DNA of 26,359 bases, taken from positions 1 through 26,359 of the forward strand of contig JBGTSD010000035.1 in assembly GCA_041940385.1 (NCBI GenBank), given 5' to 3'. Shown here piece after piece: positions 1-8,198 of this stretch. Position 1 is the stretch's first letter; every line of letters starts with the position of its first letter. Under the pieces are notes generated by a model, which saw only the letters and a list, made by a program, of their open reading frames with translations, searched no databases and was not told the DNA's origin. The translations under genes and the position numbers were made by a program. The DNA is from Phycisphaerales bacterium (lineage in GTDB: Bacteria; Planctomycetota; Phycisphaerae; Phycisphaerales; UBA1924).

Positions 1-398
1 TCCTCGGCGCGATGGATGACCGCGCGGCTGGCGCCGATCATCTCGACGCCGAGGCGCTCGAGCGAGCCGTCGTCCCAGAGTTTGCACGCGCAGTTGAGCG
101 CGGTCTGCCCGCCGAGCGTCGGCAGGAGCGCGTCGATCGGATCGCCGAGCTCGCGCTCCTTCTCGATGATCTTGCGCACGGCGTCCGGCGTGATCGGCTC
201 GATGTAGGTCCGGTCGCTGAACGCCGGGTCCGTCATGATCGTCGCGGGATTGGAGTTGACGAGGACGACTCGATACCCCTCGCTGCGCAGCGCCTTGCAC
301 GCCTGCGCGCCGGAGTAATCGAACTCGCAGCCCTGACCGATCACGATCGGCCCCGAGCCCACGATGAGGATGGTCCTGATGTCCTCGCGCTTCGGCAT
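1..398 (-). CDS. carB: Carbamoyl-phosphate synthase large subunit, N-terminal fragment (the gene continues beyond the window start)
   Basis: Reverse-strand translation from ATG at 398 reads [74 protein letters not shown]..., the hallmark CarB N-terminus (ATP-grasp, GxGPIx[21 protein letters not shown]). It is absent from the ORF track because it runs off the window edge. Confidence 0.85.
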   Translation of the reverse strand, partial: MPKREDIRTILIVGSGPIVIGQGCEFDYSGAQACKALRSEGYRVVLVNSNPATIMTDPAFSDRTYIEPITPDAVRKIIEKERELGDPIDALLPTLGGQTALNCACKLWDDGSLERLGVEMIGASRAVIHRAE

Positions 399-594
399 CC
401 TGGCTCCGCGGCGGCCTGGCCGCACTGGCAAAATCAGTCGGGCGCGCCGCCGATCGTCACCGTCGCGGGCGCCCGGCCGGCGCAAAGTCGGACCACCCTA
501 GCCGACCCGGCCCCGAAGGCAACCGGAGGGGGGCTGGAGGGCCCGGCGGGGGGTTGGCGCACGCCTGCCTAGCGATGGCTAACATCCCGTCCCC

Positions 595-1386
595 GTGCCG
601 GTCCTCTGGGTCATCGCCGGCCTCGCCGTCTACGCCCTCTGGGTGGCCGTCGCGACGTGGATCCGGCGGGCCGTGGACGACTCGGAGGACGCCGAGGGCG
701 CATTCATCATCCGCGTGTTCCAGATCTATGCCTCGATCGTGCACCACTTGCGCGTGGACGGGCGGCGGCACATCCAGGGGCGCGGGCACGGGCCGCTGAT
801 CATCGTGGCGAATCACACCGCGGGCGTGGACCCGGTCCTGATCCAGAGCGTGTGTCCGTTCCGCATCCGCTGGCTGATGGCCGAGGACATGAAGGCGGAG
901 GTGCTGACGCCCTTCTGGGAGCTGGGCCAGGTGATCCTGGTGGATCGCCGGCGCGGGGAGACGATCGGCTTGCGCGAGGCGTTGCGTCATTTGAAGCGCG
1001 GCGGGGTCATCGGCGTCTTTCCCGAGGGTCACCTTGAGCGCCCGCCGCGGCAGGTGCTGCCGTTTCTGCCGGGCGTGGGGATGCTGGTGGCGCGGAGCGG
1101 CGCGCCGGTGCAGATGGTGACGGTGGACGGCACGCCGCAGGTCGACCCCGCGTGGTCGAGCTTGTGGCGCGCGAGCCGTTCGCGGGTGCGTTTCCATCCG
1201 CCGATCCGGTACGAGAACGCGTCGGCGCGCGACATTCCGGGTGATCTTCGTCGCCGGTTCATGGAGGCGACGGGCTGGCCGGCGAACGAGGTCGTGCCGC
1301 GGCTGGTGAACGGGCGCTGGATGCAGGTGGACATCGAGGGTCGCTGGCGGACGATCGAGGATCCGGCGCGGGTGGGGATTTACTGA
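595..1386 (+). CDS. 1-acyl-sn-glycerol-3-phosphate (lysophospholipid) acyltransferase, PlsC family. GTG start.
   Basis: N-terminal TM helix; HxxxxD acyltransferase motif (VANHTAGVD); FPEG motif (GVFPEGH). Length is 263 aa. Start codon is uncertain: GTG at 595. Confidence 0.75.
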   Translation: MPVLWVIAGLAVYALWVAVATWIRRAVDDSEDAEGAFIIRVFQIYASIVHHLRVDGRRHIQGRGHGPLIIVANHTAGVDPVLIQSVCPFRIRWLMAEDMKAEVLTPFWELGQVILVDRRRGETIGLREALRHLKRGGVIGVFPEGHLERPPRQVLPFLPGVGMLVARSGAPVQMVTVDGTPQVDPAWSSLWRASRSRVRFHPPIRYENASARDIPGDLRRRFMEATGWPANEVVPRLVNGRWMQVDIEGRWRTIEDPARVGIY

Positions 1387-1393
1387 TCGCGCG

Positions 1394-2455
1394 TCACTCG
1401 CACGGCTGGTTGAACCGCCCGAGCAGGATGTTGAGGTCGGCAAAGTCCACGCGCTGGTCGCCGTTGAAGTCGGCGCCGAGACCGGGGGCTTCGGTGCGGA
1501 ATTGATTGAGGGTGATGGAGAGGTCGTCGAAGTCGACGTCAGAGTCGCCATCGGCGTCGCCGTCGCAGAGCTGGAGGACGCCGGAGGCGGTGAGGTTGTC
1601 GAAGTAAACCGGGCTGCCTGCGCTAAGGAACGTGCCGTTCGCCTGAACAGAATCGAACGGCGCCCATGCGCCTCGCCACAGTTCGCCGACGAGGTAGGGC
1701 CCATTGCCATCCATGAGATCAAGGTAGAAGCGGTGGTATGCATCCGGACTCAGCTCGATCCGCAGGCGACACCAGGCGCCGAGGGGCGCCAAGGCCGGAT
1801 CATCCAGTTGCACACCGACAGGCGCCGACTCGAGGTAGCGGAGCAGATGAAATGAAGGGCAGGTCGCACAGGAGGGATGCGGCGCAAAGCCGACGATCAT
1901 CGGCGCGGCGACGCCCGCTGGCAGTCCAAGCATGTCGCAGTGGCCGCTCGGCGAGTTGAGATCGGCGTACGCGTCGCAAGGCCCACCGATCAACGCCCGC
2001 GCGACAAATCCCTGATTGACAGCGTTCGTCGCGGCCAGTTCCCATGTCGAGGCGGCGCTGGTCACGAATACTTCCGCCTCGATCCACGCCGATACTTCGA
2101 GTCCCGCCGCCAGCACGGCGCGTCGCGGTGGCGAATTGTGCGTCAACAGTTCGGCCCGCCAGCCGAACGAGTAAGCGCCGATCGGCGAGACGCTGTCGAG
2201 CTTCGCCTTGACCGACCCGTTGCCGCCGATCGCGTCCGTCGCGAACTCCGCGGCTCGCCCCGGCGCGGTCGTGCCGCGCCAGAGGGTGAGCCCGGTGATC
2301 CGCGGGTCGCTCCACAGCGGCGCGGTCGTCTGGCCGTTGATCGCGCCGGGCGATGCGGACTCGAGGGAGTCCGTCACGGTGACGAGCGTTCCGCCGGCGA
2401 ACGCGGCGTGAGCGCCGAAGGCCAGAATCGCGGCCTTCGGGAGCGATCGGCGCAT
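1394..2455 (-). CDS. Secreted hypothetical protein with C-terminal Cys-bracketed dockerin-like (EF-hand-like Ca-binding) module; paralog A
   Basis: ORF 1394..2476 begins at GTG; an internal ATG at 2455 is preceded by AAGGAGAGG and gives signal peptide MRRSLPKAAILAFGAHAAFA. C-terminus reads CDGDADGDSDVDFDDLNITLNQF...DFNGDQRVDFADLNILLGRFNQPCE, i.e. two DxDxDGxVDxxDL dockerin-type loops. Confidence 0.8.
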   Translation of the reverse strand: MRRSLPKAAILAFGAHAAFAGGTLVTVTDSLESASPGAINGQTTAPLWSDPRITGLTLWRGTTAPGRAAEFATDAIGGNGSVKAKLDSVSPIGAYSFGWRAELLTHNSPPRRAVLAAGLEVSAWIEAEVFVTSAASTWELAATNAVNQGFVARALIGGPCDAYADLNSPSGHCDMLGLPAGVAAPMIVGFAPHPSCATCPSFHLLRYLESAPVGVQLDDPALAPLGAWCRLRIELSPDAYHRFYLDLMDGNGPYLVGELWRGAWAPFDSVQANGTFLSAGSPVYFDNLTASGVLQLCDGDADGDSDVDFDDLSITLNQFRTEAPGLGADFNGDQRVDFADLNILLGRFNQPCE

Positions 2456-2466
2456 CGCGCCTCTCC

Positions 2467-3450
2467 TTATTCGCACGGCTGGTTGAACCGTCCGAGCATG
2501 ACGTTCAGGTCGGCGAAGTCGATGCGCTCATCGAGGTTGAGGTCGGCGCCGGGGCAGAGTCCGGGCGTGGTGTTGAACGCGCCGAGGAGTTGATTGAGGT
2601 CGGCGAAGTTGACGTTGCCGTCGCCGTCGAGGTCGCCGCAGCCGGGCCGGAGGTTGCGAACGGTGAGGTTCTCGAAGTGCACGGTGACGGCGAGTGATTC
2701 GAGGTAGGCCATGAAGCGCCAGGCGTCGGTCCCGGTGAGATTGGTCATGAGCGTGCCGCTGTGGATCAGGAACCGCCCCTGTCCGTCGAGGTAGTTGATG
2801 TAGACGCGCATGTCGCGGTCGAGGTCGTGCTCGATGCTGAGGCGGAACCACTCGTTGACGGGCGTGGGGACGACGTCGCCGACGCTGGCGCCCGCGGGCG
2901 CCGAGCCGACGTAGCGCGCCTCCACGTATCCCGCGTTGGTCGCCACGCGGAAGGTGTCGACGAACTGGCCGTTGCCGATGTCGAAGCCGCCCCAGCCGAC
3001 GCGCGCCAGCGGCGCCTCGCCGACGTCCCACGTCCAGCCCGAGAGCAGCGACTGGACGAAGACCTCGGTCTCGTAGCGCACCAGCCCGTCGCTCGCCGGC
3101 GTCATGACGTCCGGGAACTCGACGCGCGCGCCGATGAAGGGGATGTTGCCCGCCGAGACATTCGTCACCCGACCGCGCAGCGTCTGGGATGCGTTGCCGC
3201 CGATGGGCTGGAGCGTGTTGTTCGAGATCGCGGCCCGATCGGGGATCGAGGGGAGCGCGAGCCAGGTGTTGACCCAGTTGTCATCGATGATCGTTGTCTG
3301 GTTGTGCAGTGGGGCGGGGAGCGGCTCGAGGGTCTCGAAATCGTCGATGAAGCCGACGACGGTTCCGCCGCAGGTGATGACGCCGGTCTGCGCGCAGAGG
3401 GGCGCGGCGCTCGCGGCGAGGATGGCGAACGCAAGGGTGCAACGTTGCAT
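2467..3450 (-). CDS. Secreted hypothetical protein with C-terminal dockerin-like module; paralog B
   Basis: ATG at 3450 is preceded by GGAGAC. Signal peptide MQRCTLAFAILAASAAPLCAQ. C-terminus reads GCGDLDGDGNVNFADLNQLLGAFN...ADLNLDERIDFADLNVMLGRFNQPCE. The central region aligns with paralogs A and C. Confidence 0.8.
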   Translation of the reverse strand: MQRCTLAFAILAASAAPLCAQTGVITCGGTVVGFIDDFETLEPLPAPLHNQTTIIDDNWVNTWLALPSIPDRAAISNNTLQPIGGNASQTLRGRVTNVSAGNIPFIGARVEFPDVMTPASDGLVRYETEVFVQSLLSGWTWDVGEAPLARVGWGGFDIGNGQFVDTFRVATNAGYVEARYVGSAPAGASVGDVVPTPVNEWFRLSIEHDLDRDMRVYINYLDGQGRFLIHSGTLMTNLTGTDAWRFMAYLESLAVTVHFENLTVRNLRPGCGDLDGDGNVNFADLNQLLGAFNTTPGLCPGADLNLDERIDFADLNVMLGRFNQPCE

Positions 3451-3476
3451 AGGAATGTCTCCAGAATGAGGGGAAT

Positions 3477-4547
3477 TCACTCGCACGGCTGATTGAACCG
3501 TCCGAGCAGGATGTTGAGGTCGGTGAAGTCCACGCGGAGATCGCCGTTGAAGTCTCCGCCGAGGCCGGGCCCCTGCGTGGAGTACTGGCTAATCGTGATG
3601 TTCAGATCATTGAAATCGACGTCGCCATCGCCGTCGGCGTCGCCGTCGCAGATCGAGAGCAGGCCGGAGACGAGCACGTCGTCCATGTAGTACGGCGCAC
3701 CGGTCACGAGGAACGAGCCGTTGACGCCCATGGAGTCGACGATCGTCGCGGGCGTATAGCCCTGCAACTCGCGGAGCAGGAATTCGCCCTCGCCGTTGAG
3801 GTAGTCCGCGTAGATGCGGATCACGCCCGCGCCGTCGCGCTCGAAGATGAGCCGCACCCACGAGCCGAACGGCGTGGGCGCGTAGTCGCCGATCTCGAAG
3901 CCCTGCGGCGCCGCGGTTTGGAACGACAGCGGCATGAAGTCGGGAATGCAGATCGAGCAAGGCATGTACCCGAGCGCCTGGAGGATCGGCATGGGGTCGC
4001 CGGGGAGCAGGCCGACGTCGTCGCACTCGAACGGGCTGCTGCCGTAGGAATTCAGGACACAAGGCCCGCCGAGCATCGCCCGGTCCATGATGAAGTTCTG
4101 CGAGATGGATCCGGGCTCGAGCGTCCACAGCGCCGTGATCTCGTTGGTGAAGACCGTTGCCTCGGCGCGGATGACGGTGGTCGCGTCGGCCATGAACCGG
4201 GCGCGCCGGGCGGGCGCATTGTGCGTGTAGAATTCCGAGCGGAAGCCGAAGAAGAAATCGCCCGCGGGCGGCGCCGTGATCGACTCCGCCGACGCTTTCC
4301 ACGACGTGTTCCCGGCGACGGGGTCGGTTGTGAAGTACGCCGTGCGGCCCGCGGCCGTTGTGCCGCGCCAGGTCGTCAGGCCGGTGATGCGGGAATCGCT
4401 CCAGAGGGGAGTGGTCAACTGTCCGTTGACCGCGCCCGCCGATGCGGACTCCATCGACTCCTTAACGGAGACAAAGACGGGGCCGGCTTGGGACAGGTTG
4501 GTCCAGAGCGCGAGGACGAGGGACGCCGCGAGCAACACTCGCTGCAT
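3477..4547 (-). CDS. Secreted hypothetical protein with C-terminal dockerin-like module; paralog C
   Basis: ATG at 4547 is preceded by GGGAGG. Signal peptide MQRVLLAASLVLALWTNLSQA. The N-terminal region ESASAGAVNGQLTTPLWSDSRITGLTTWRGTTAAGR matches paralog A closely. C-terminus reads CDGDADGDGDVDFNDLNITISQY...DFNGDLRVDFTDLNILLGRFNQPCE. Confidence 0.8.
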   Translation of the reverse strand: MQRVLLAASLVLALWTNLSQAGPVFVSVKESMESASAGAVNGQLTTPLWSDSRITGLTTWRGTTAAGRTAYFTTDPVAGNTSWKASAESITAPPAGDFFFGFRSEFYTHNAPARRARFMADATTVIRAEATVFTNEITALWTLEPGSISQNFIMDRAMLGGPCVLNSYGSSPFECDDVGLLPGDPMPILQALGYMPCSICIPDFMPLSFQTAAPQGFEIGDYAPTPFGSWVRLIFERDGAGVIRIYADYLNGEGEFLLRELQGYTPATIVDSMGVNGSFLVTGAPYYMDDVLVSGLLSICDGDADGDGDVDFNDLNITISQYSTQGPGLGGDFNGDLRVDFTDLNILLGRFNQPCE

Positions 4548-4693
4548 GGGAGGCCTCCCGAAATGCCTCACCCTCCAGAGCGGGCAGGCCCCCGACGCAC
4601 AGGGGCCGATCCAATCAAAATGACGCCCGGATGAGCCGCAGTCAAGAATGATCGACCGATATTCGTCTTGACGACCGGCGTCGGCCCCGGACA

Positions 4694-5359
4694 ATGGCCG
4701 CCATGAAGACCGCTTTGTCCGTGATCGCGATGTTCGGCCTTGCCTTGGGCGCTTCGGGCGCAAGCTCGATCGATCCTGCGCATAAGTTCGCGTGGGGCGA
4801 GAACATCGGCTGGACGAACTGGCGCGACGCCGACGGCGGCGACGCCGGCGCGCGCGTGGAACGCACGTTTCTGTCAGGATTCGTCTGGGGTGAGAACGTC
4901 GGGTGGATCAACCTCGGCGCGGGCCCCGCGAATTGCGCTCAGTACGCGAACACCACCGGCGCGGACTTCGGCGTCAACGTTCTGCCGAACGGCGACCTCG
5001 CCGGCCTCGCGTGGGGCGAGAACATCGGCTGGATCAACTTTGACACGGCGTCATCGCTGAGCGCGTTCGGGCAGCAGGCGCGCTTCGACGCGTCCGCCGG
5101 CCGCTTCCGCGGCTACGCGTGGGGCGAGAACGTCGGCTGGATCAACCTCGACGACAGCGCGCACTACGTCGGCTCGAGCATCCCGTGCCCCGCGGACGTG
5201 GACGGCGACGGCTTCATGGGATTCGCCGATCTCAACATCATCCTCTCCGCGTTCAACCAGATCGGTCCGTGTCTCGAGGGCGATCTCAACGGCGACGGCC
5301 AGGTCGGCTTCTCCGACCTGAACCTCGTGGTGTCGTTCTTCAATTCGAATTGCCCGTAA
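4694..5359 (+). CDS. Secreted repeat protein: four WGEN[IV]GW[IT]N repeats plus a C-terminal Cys-bracketed dockerin-like module
   Basis: Signal peptide MKTALSVIAMFGLALGASGA. Repeats AWGENIGWTNW / VWGENVGWINL / AWGENIGWINF / AWGENVGWINL at a spacing of about 32-42 aa. C-terminus reads CPADVDGDGFMGFADLNIILSAFNQ...DLNGDGQVGFSDLNLVVSFFNSNCP. Transcribed divergently from paralog C. Confidence 0.8.
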   Translation: MAAMKTALSVIAMFGLALGASGASSIDPAHKFAWGENIGWTNWRDADGGDAGARVERTFLSGFVWGENVGWINLGAGPANCAQYANTTGADFGVNVLPNGDLAGLAWGENIGWINFDTASSLSAFGQQARFDASAGRFRGYAWGENVGWINLDDSAHYVGSSIPCPADVDGDGFMGFADLNIILSAFNQIGPCLEGDLNGDGQVGFSDLNLVVSFFNSNCP

Positions 5360-5362
5360 CGC

Positions 5363-5908
5363 TCAGCGCTGCGGCGACTCGGCCGGCGCATCCTCGCTCG
5401 GCGCGTCCTCGATCGGCGCCGACTCGGGCTCCAGCGCGGGCGTCGGCTCGACGTCCGCGGGCGGTTCGTCCATGACTGGAGTCTCGGGCGGAGTTTCGGG
5501 GAGCGGTGGGGGCGGGAGCATGGCGCGGACCTCGCGGCCGCGATCGATCGCGCCCTGCGCATCGTCCGGCGAGGGCTCGAGCGTGAAGTGCCAGCGCACA
5601 TCGTTCTTGAAACGCACCGGCAGCGCCATCGCGACGAGATCGATGCCGGGCCACTCGTGCACCGGCGCGTCGGCCTTCTGGCTGGTCGCGAGCGGCTCGT
5701 AGCCGTCCTTGGAGAGGCGCACGTCGTACGTGCCGTACCACTCGAAGTCGACCTCGACGGGCGTGCGCCCGACGTCGACGTCGTTGAGCCGCACGATCGC
5801 ACCGGGCGGATCGGAGGTGATGTAGAGCCGGCGCTCGAGGCAGCCGGTCAGCGCGCCGAGGGCGCCGGCGGCGAAGGCGAGCGCGGGGATGGTGCGGGTG
5901 CGGCGCAT
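5363..5908 (-). CDS. PEGA-domain lipoprotein with a Pro/Glu-rich C-terminal tail
   Basis: From ATG 5908: MRRTRTIPALAFAAGALGALTGC (lipobox LTGC), then the PEGA signature PPGAIVRLNDVDVGRTPVEV, then a low-complexity PETPPETPVMDEPPADVEPTPALEPESAPIEDAPSEDAP tail. Lies 14 bp downstream of the lptB stop. Confidence 0.7.
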   Translation of the reverse strand: MRRTRTIPALAFAAGALGALTGCLERRLYITSDPPGAIVRLNDVDVGRTPVEVDFEWYGTYDVRLSKDGYEPLATSQKADAPVHEWPGIDLVAMALPVRFKNDVRWHFTLEPSPDDAQGAIDRGREVRAMLPPPPLPETPPETPVMDEPPADVEPTPALEPESAPIEDAPSEDAPAESPQR

Positions 5909-5921
5909 CGTGTGCAACAGA

Positions 5922-6716
5922 TTACCGCGGCGGCGCGGCGGAGGCCGCGGGGGACGCCGGCGCCGTCGAGACGGGGTGATCATCGAACTCATCGCCCCGG
6001 AACATGGACCCGATGTAGTGCCGCTTCACCAGCTCGTTGTTGATGAGCTCGCGCGGCGTGCCCTCGGTCAGCACCTTGCCCTCGTTGATGATGTACGCCC
6101 GGTCGCACACGCGCAGCGTCTGCTGCACGTTGTGGTCGGTGATCAGCACGGCGATGCCCATGGCCTCGAGCCGGCGGATCTCGTGCTGCAGGTCCTCGAC
6201 AGCGAGGGGATCGACGCCACTGAACGGCTCGTCGAGCAGGATCAGGCGCGGCTCGGTGACCAGCGCGCGGGCGATCTCGAGCTTGCGGCGTTCGCCGCCG
6301 GAGCAGGTGCGCGCCTGGTGCTTGGCCTTGTGCGTCAGGTGGAACTGCTCGAGCAGCTCCTGGCATCGCGCCCGCTGCTGGCGTCGTGAGAGGCGGGTGA
6401 CCTCGAGGATCGCGAGCAGGTTCTCCTCGACGGTGAGGCGGGTGAAGCAGGAGGGCTCCTGGCTCAGGTACCCCATGCCCATCCGGGCGCGCCGGTACAT
6501 CGGCAGGTTGGAGATGTCGCGCCCGTCGAAGGTCACGCGCCCGCCGTCGGCGTCGATCATGCCGATGGTGATGCGGAACGAGGTCGTCTTGCCCGCGCCG
6601 TTGCGCCCGAGCAGGCCGACGATCTCCGCCTTCTCCACGTGGAACGACACGCCGTCCACCACAGTGCGGCCGGCGTAACGCTTCACCAGGTTGTTGGCCT
6701 CCAGCAGGGGCGCCAT
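5922..6716 (-). CDS. lptB: LPS export ABC transporter ATP-binding protein LptB
   Basis: MAPLLEANNLVKRYAGRTVVDGVSF...GLLGRNGAGKTT (Walker A), GYLSQE, ABC signature CSGGERRKLEIARAL, Walker B LLDEPFSGVD, H-loop TDHN. Length is 264 aa. Confidence 0.9.
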   Translation of the reverse strand: MAPLLEANNLVKRYAGRTVVDGVSFHVEKAEIVGLLGRNGAGKTTSFRITIGMIDADGGRVTFDGRDISNLPMYRRARMGMGYLSQEPSCFTRLTVEENLLAILEVTRLSRRQQRARCQELLEQFHLTHKAKHQARTCSGGERRKLEIARALVTEPRLILLDEPFSGVDPLAVEDLQHEIRRLEAMGIAVLITDHNVQQTLRVCDRAYIINEGKVLTEGTPRELINNELVKRHYIGSMFRGDEFDDHPVSTAPASPAASAAPPR

Positions 6717-6834
6717 GGGCCCAGTGTAGTGCCGCGGCGGCGCGGGGCGTCCCGCGCGCCGCAGGTTGAAGGGGAGCGGCGCCGGCCCCTACCCTTGCCC
6801 CCCGACCTTCGCACCCTTCGGAGAGGTAATCGCC

Positions 6835-7854
6835 ATGGCCATCCGCGTCGGCATCAACGGTTTCGGTCGCATCGGCCGGCTCGTCTATCGCATCGGCTTC
6901 GACCAGGGCGTCGAGGTGGTCGCCGTGAACGACCTGGTTCCGGCGGACAACCTCGGCTACCTGCTCAAGTACGACACGATGCACGGGCAGTTCCGTCACG
7001 ACATCTCCGCGACGGAGAACTCGTTCACTGTCGATGGGCGCGTGACCAAGACCTTCGCCGAGAAGGACCCGAGCAAGATCGCGTGGAAGGACCTGGGCGT
7101 GCAGTACGTGCTGGAGTCCACCGGGCTCTTCACGGACCACGAGAGCGCGGGCAAGCACCTAGCCGCGGGCGCCAAGCGCGTGCTCATCTCCGCGCCGACC
7201 AAGAGCCCCGAGCAGGTGCCGACGATCTGCTACAAGGTCAACGACGAGGTCTACGACCCCGCCAAGCACATGATCGTGTCGAACGCGTCGTGCACGACCA
7301 ACTGCCTCGCGCCCGTCGCCAAGGTGATCCAGGACAACTTCGGGCTTGAAGAGGGCCTGATGACGACGGTCCACGCCGCGACGGCCACGCAGCCGACGCA
7401 GGACGGCCCGAGCAAGAAGGACTGGCGCGGCGGGCGCAACGCCTACATGAACATCATCCCCGCGAGCACCGGCGCCGCGAAGGCCGTGGCGCTGTGCATC
7501 CCCGCGCTCAAGGGCAAGCTCACGGGCATGGCCTTCCGCGTGCCGACGGCGGATGTGTCGTGCGTGGACCTGACGTTCCGCACCGCCAAGGCGACGACGC
7601 TCTCGGAGATCCACGCGGCCATGAAGAAGGCCAGCGAGGGCTCGATGATGGGCGTGCTCGGCTACACCGACGAGGAGGTCGTCAGCAGCGACTTCGTCGG
7701 CGACCGGCGCTCGTCGATCTACGACTCGCTCGCGTGCATCGAGCTGAACAAGAACTTCTTCAAGATCGTGTCCTGGTACGACAACGAGGCCGGCTACGCG
7801 GCGCGCTGCGTGGACATGATCAAGATGATGGCGAAGAAGGACGGGGTGGGCTGA
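6835..7854 (+). CDS. gap: Glyceraldehyde-3-phosphate dehydrogenase (type I)
   Basis: [15 protein letters not shown] (NAD-binding), catalytic [17 protein letters not shown] near the C-terminus. GGAGAGG sits 7 nt upstream of ATG 6835. Confidence 0.93.
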   Translation: MAIRVGINGFGRIGRLVYRIGFDQGVEVVAVNDLVPADNLGYLLKYDTMHGQFRHDISATENSFTVDGRVTKTFAEKDPSKIAWKDLGVQYVLESTGLFTDHESAGKHLAAGAKRVLISAPTKSPEQVPTICYKVNDEVYDPAKHMIVSNASCTTNCLAPVAKVIQDNFGLEEGLMTTVHAATATQPTQDGPSKKDWRGGRNAYMNIIPASTGAAKAVALCIPALKGKLTGMAFRVPTADVSCVDLTFRTAKATTLSEIHAAMKKASEGSMMGVLGYTDEEVVSSDFVGDRRSSIYDSLACIELNKNFFKIVSWYDNEAGYAARCVDMIKMMAKKDGVG

Positions 7855-7913
7855 GCCGGATCGAAGCCGACCTCCGAGGAGTCCTCGACGAAGAGTCGGA
7901 TGTGCTGGGGTGG

Positions 7914-7944
7914 CACGACTGTGCGGTTCCTCCGCACAGTCGTG
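7914..7944 (+). terminator. Perfect 13-bp stem / 5-nt loop hairpin 60 nt downstream of gap, with no U-tract; possible intrinsic terminator or protein-binding palindrome
   Basis: CACGACTGTGCGG-ttcct-CCGCACAGTCGTG read directly from the sequence. No T-run follows it. Confidence 0.3.
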
Positions 7945-8029
7945 GCGATGGACATTGGGCGCAGTTCCCACGTCTTTACTGTCGCGCCGGGGAATCGTGG
8001 CGTCCCACTCGCGGCGCCGCCTAGCCAGG

Positions 8030-8103
8030 ACGCCCCGGAGGGGCGTGTCCCGGCGCGCCGGGATAGCCGGGGGTGCAGGCCGCAACGCGGCCGAAACCCC
8101 CGG
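8030..8103 (+). promoter_or_regulatory. Cluster of three adjacent GC-rich hairpins/palindromes in the leader of the FGE-domain gene
   Basis: ACGCCCC-gga-GGGGCGT at 8030-8046; perfect palindrome CCCGGCGCGCCGGG at 8049-8062; nested CCGGGGG...GGCCGC-aac-GCGGCC...CCCCCGG at 8067-8103. About 95 nt upstream of ATG 8199. Confidence 0.3.
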
Positions 8104-8198
8104 ACGCGAGACCTGAGGGAAATCCTCTTGCGTTTCCCGCGCCCCGTGCGAGACTGGTCGGAGCACAGGCCTCGCAGTCCAAGTCCGGGAACTCTGCC

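Noticed and set aside
12-572. 186-aa plus-strand ORF at the window start
   Set aside because: It is the antisense frame of the carB N-terminus (the minus strand translates to the canonical CarB start), and the ORF product is Arg/Ala/Asp-rich with no motifs. This is a typical high-GC spurious ORF.
457-1743. 428-aa minus-strand ORF overlapping the PlsC-like gene
   Set aside because: Low-complexity Ser/Thr/Pro/Arg-rich translation, fully antisense to a gene with clear acyltransferase motifs.
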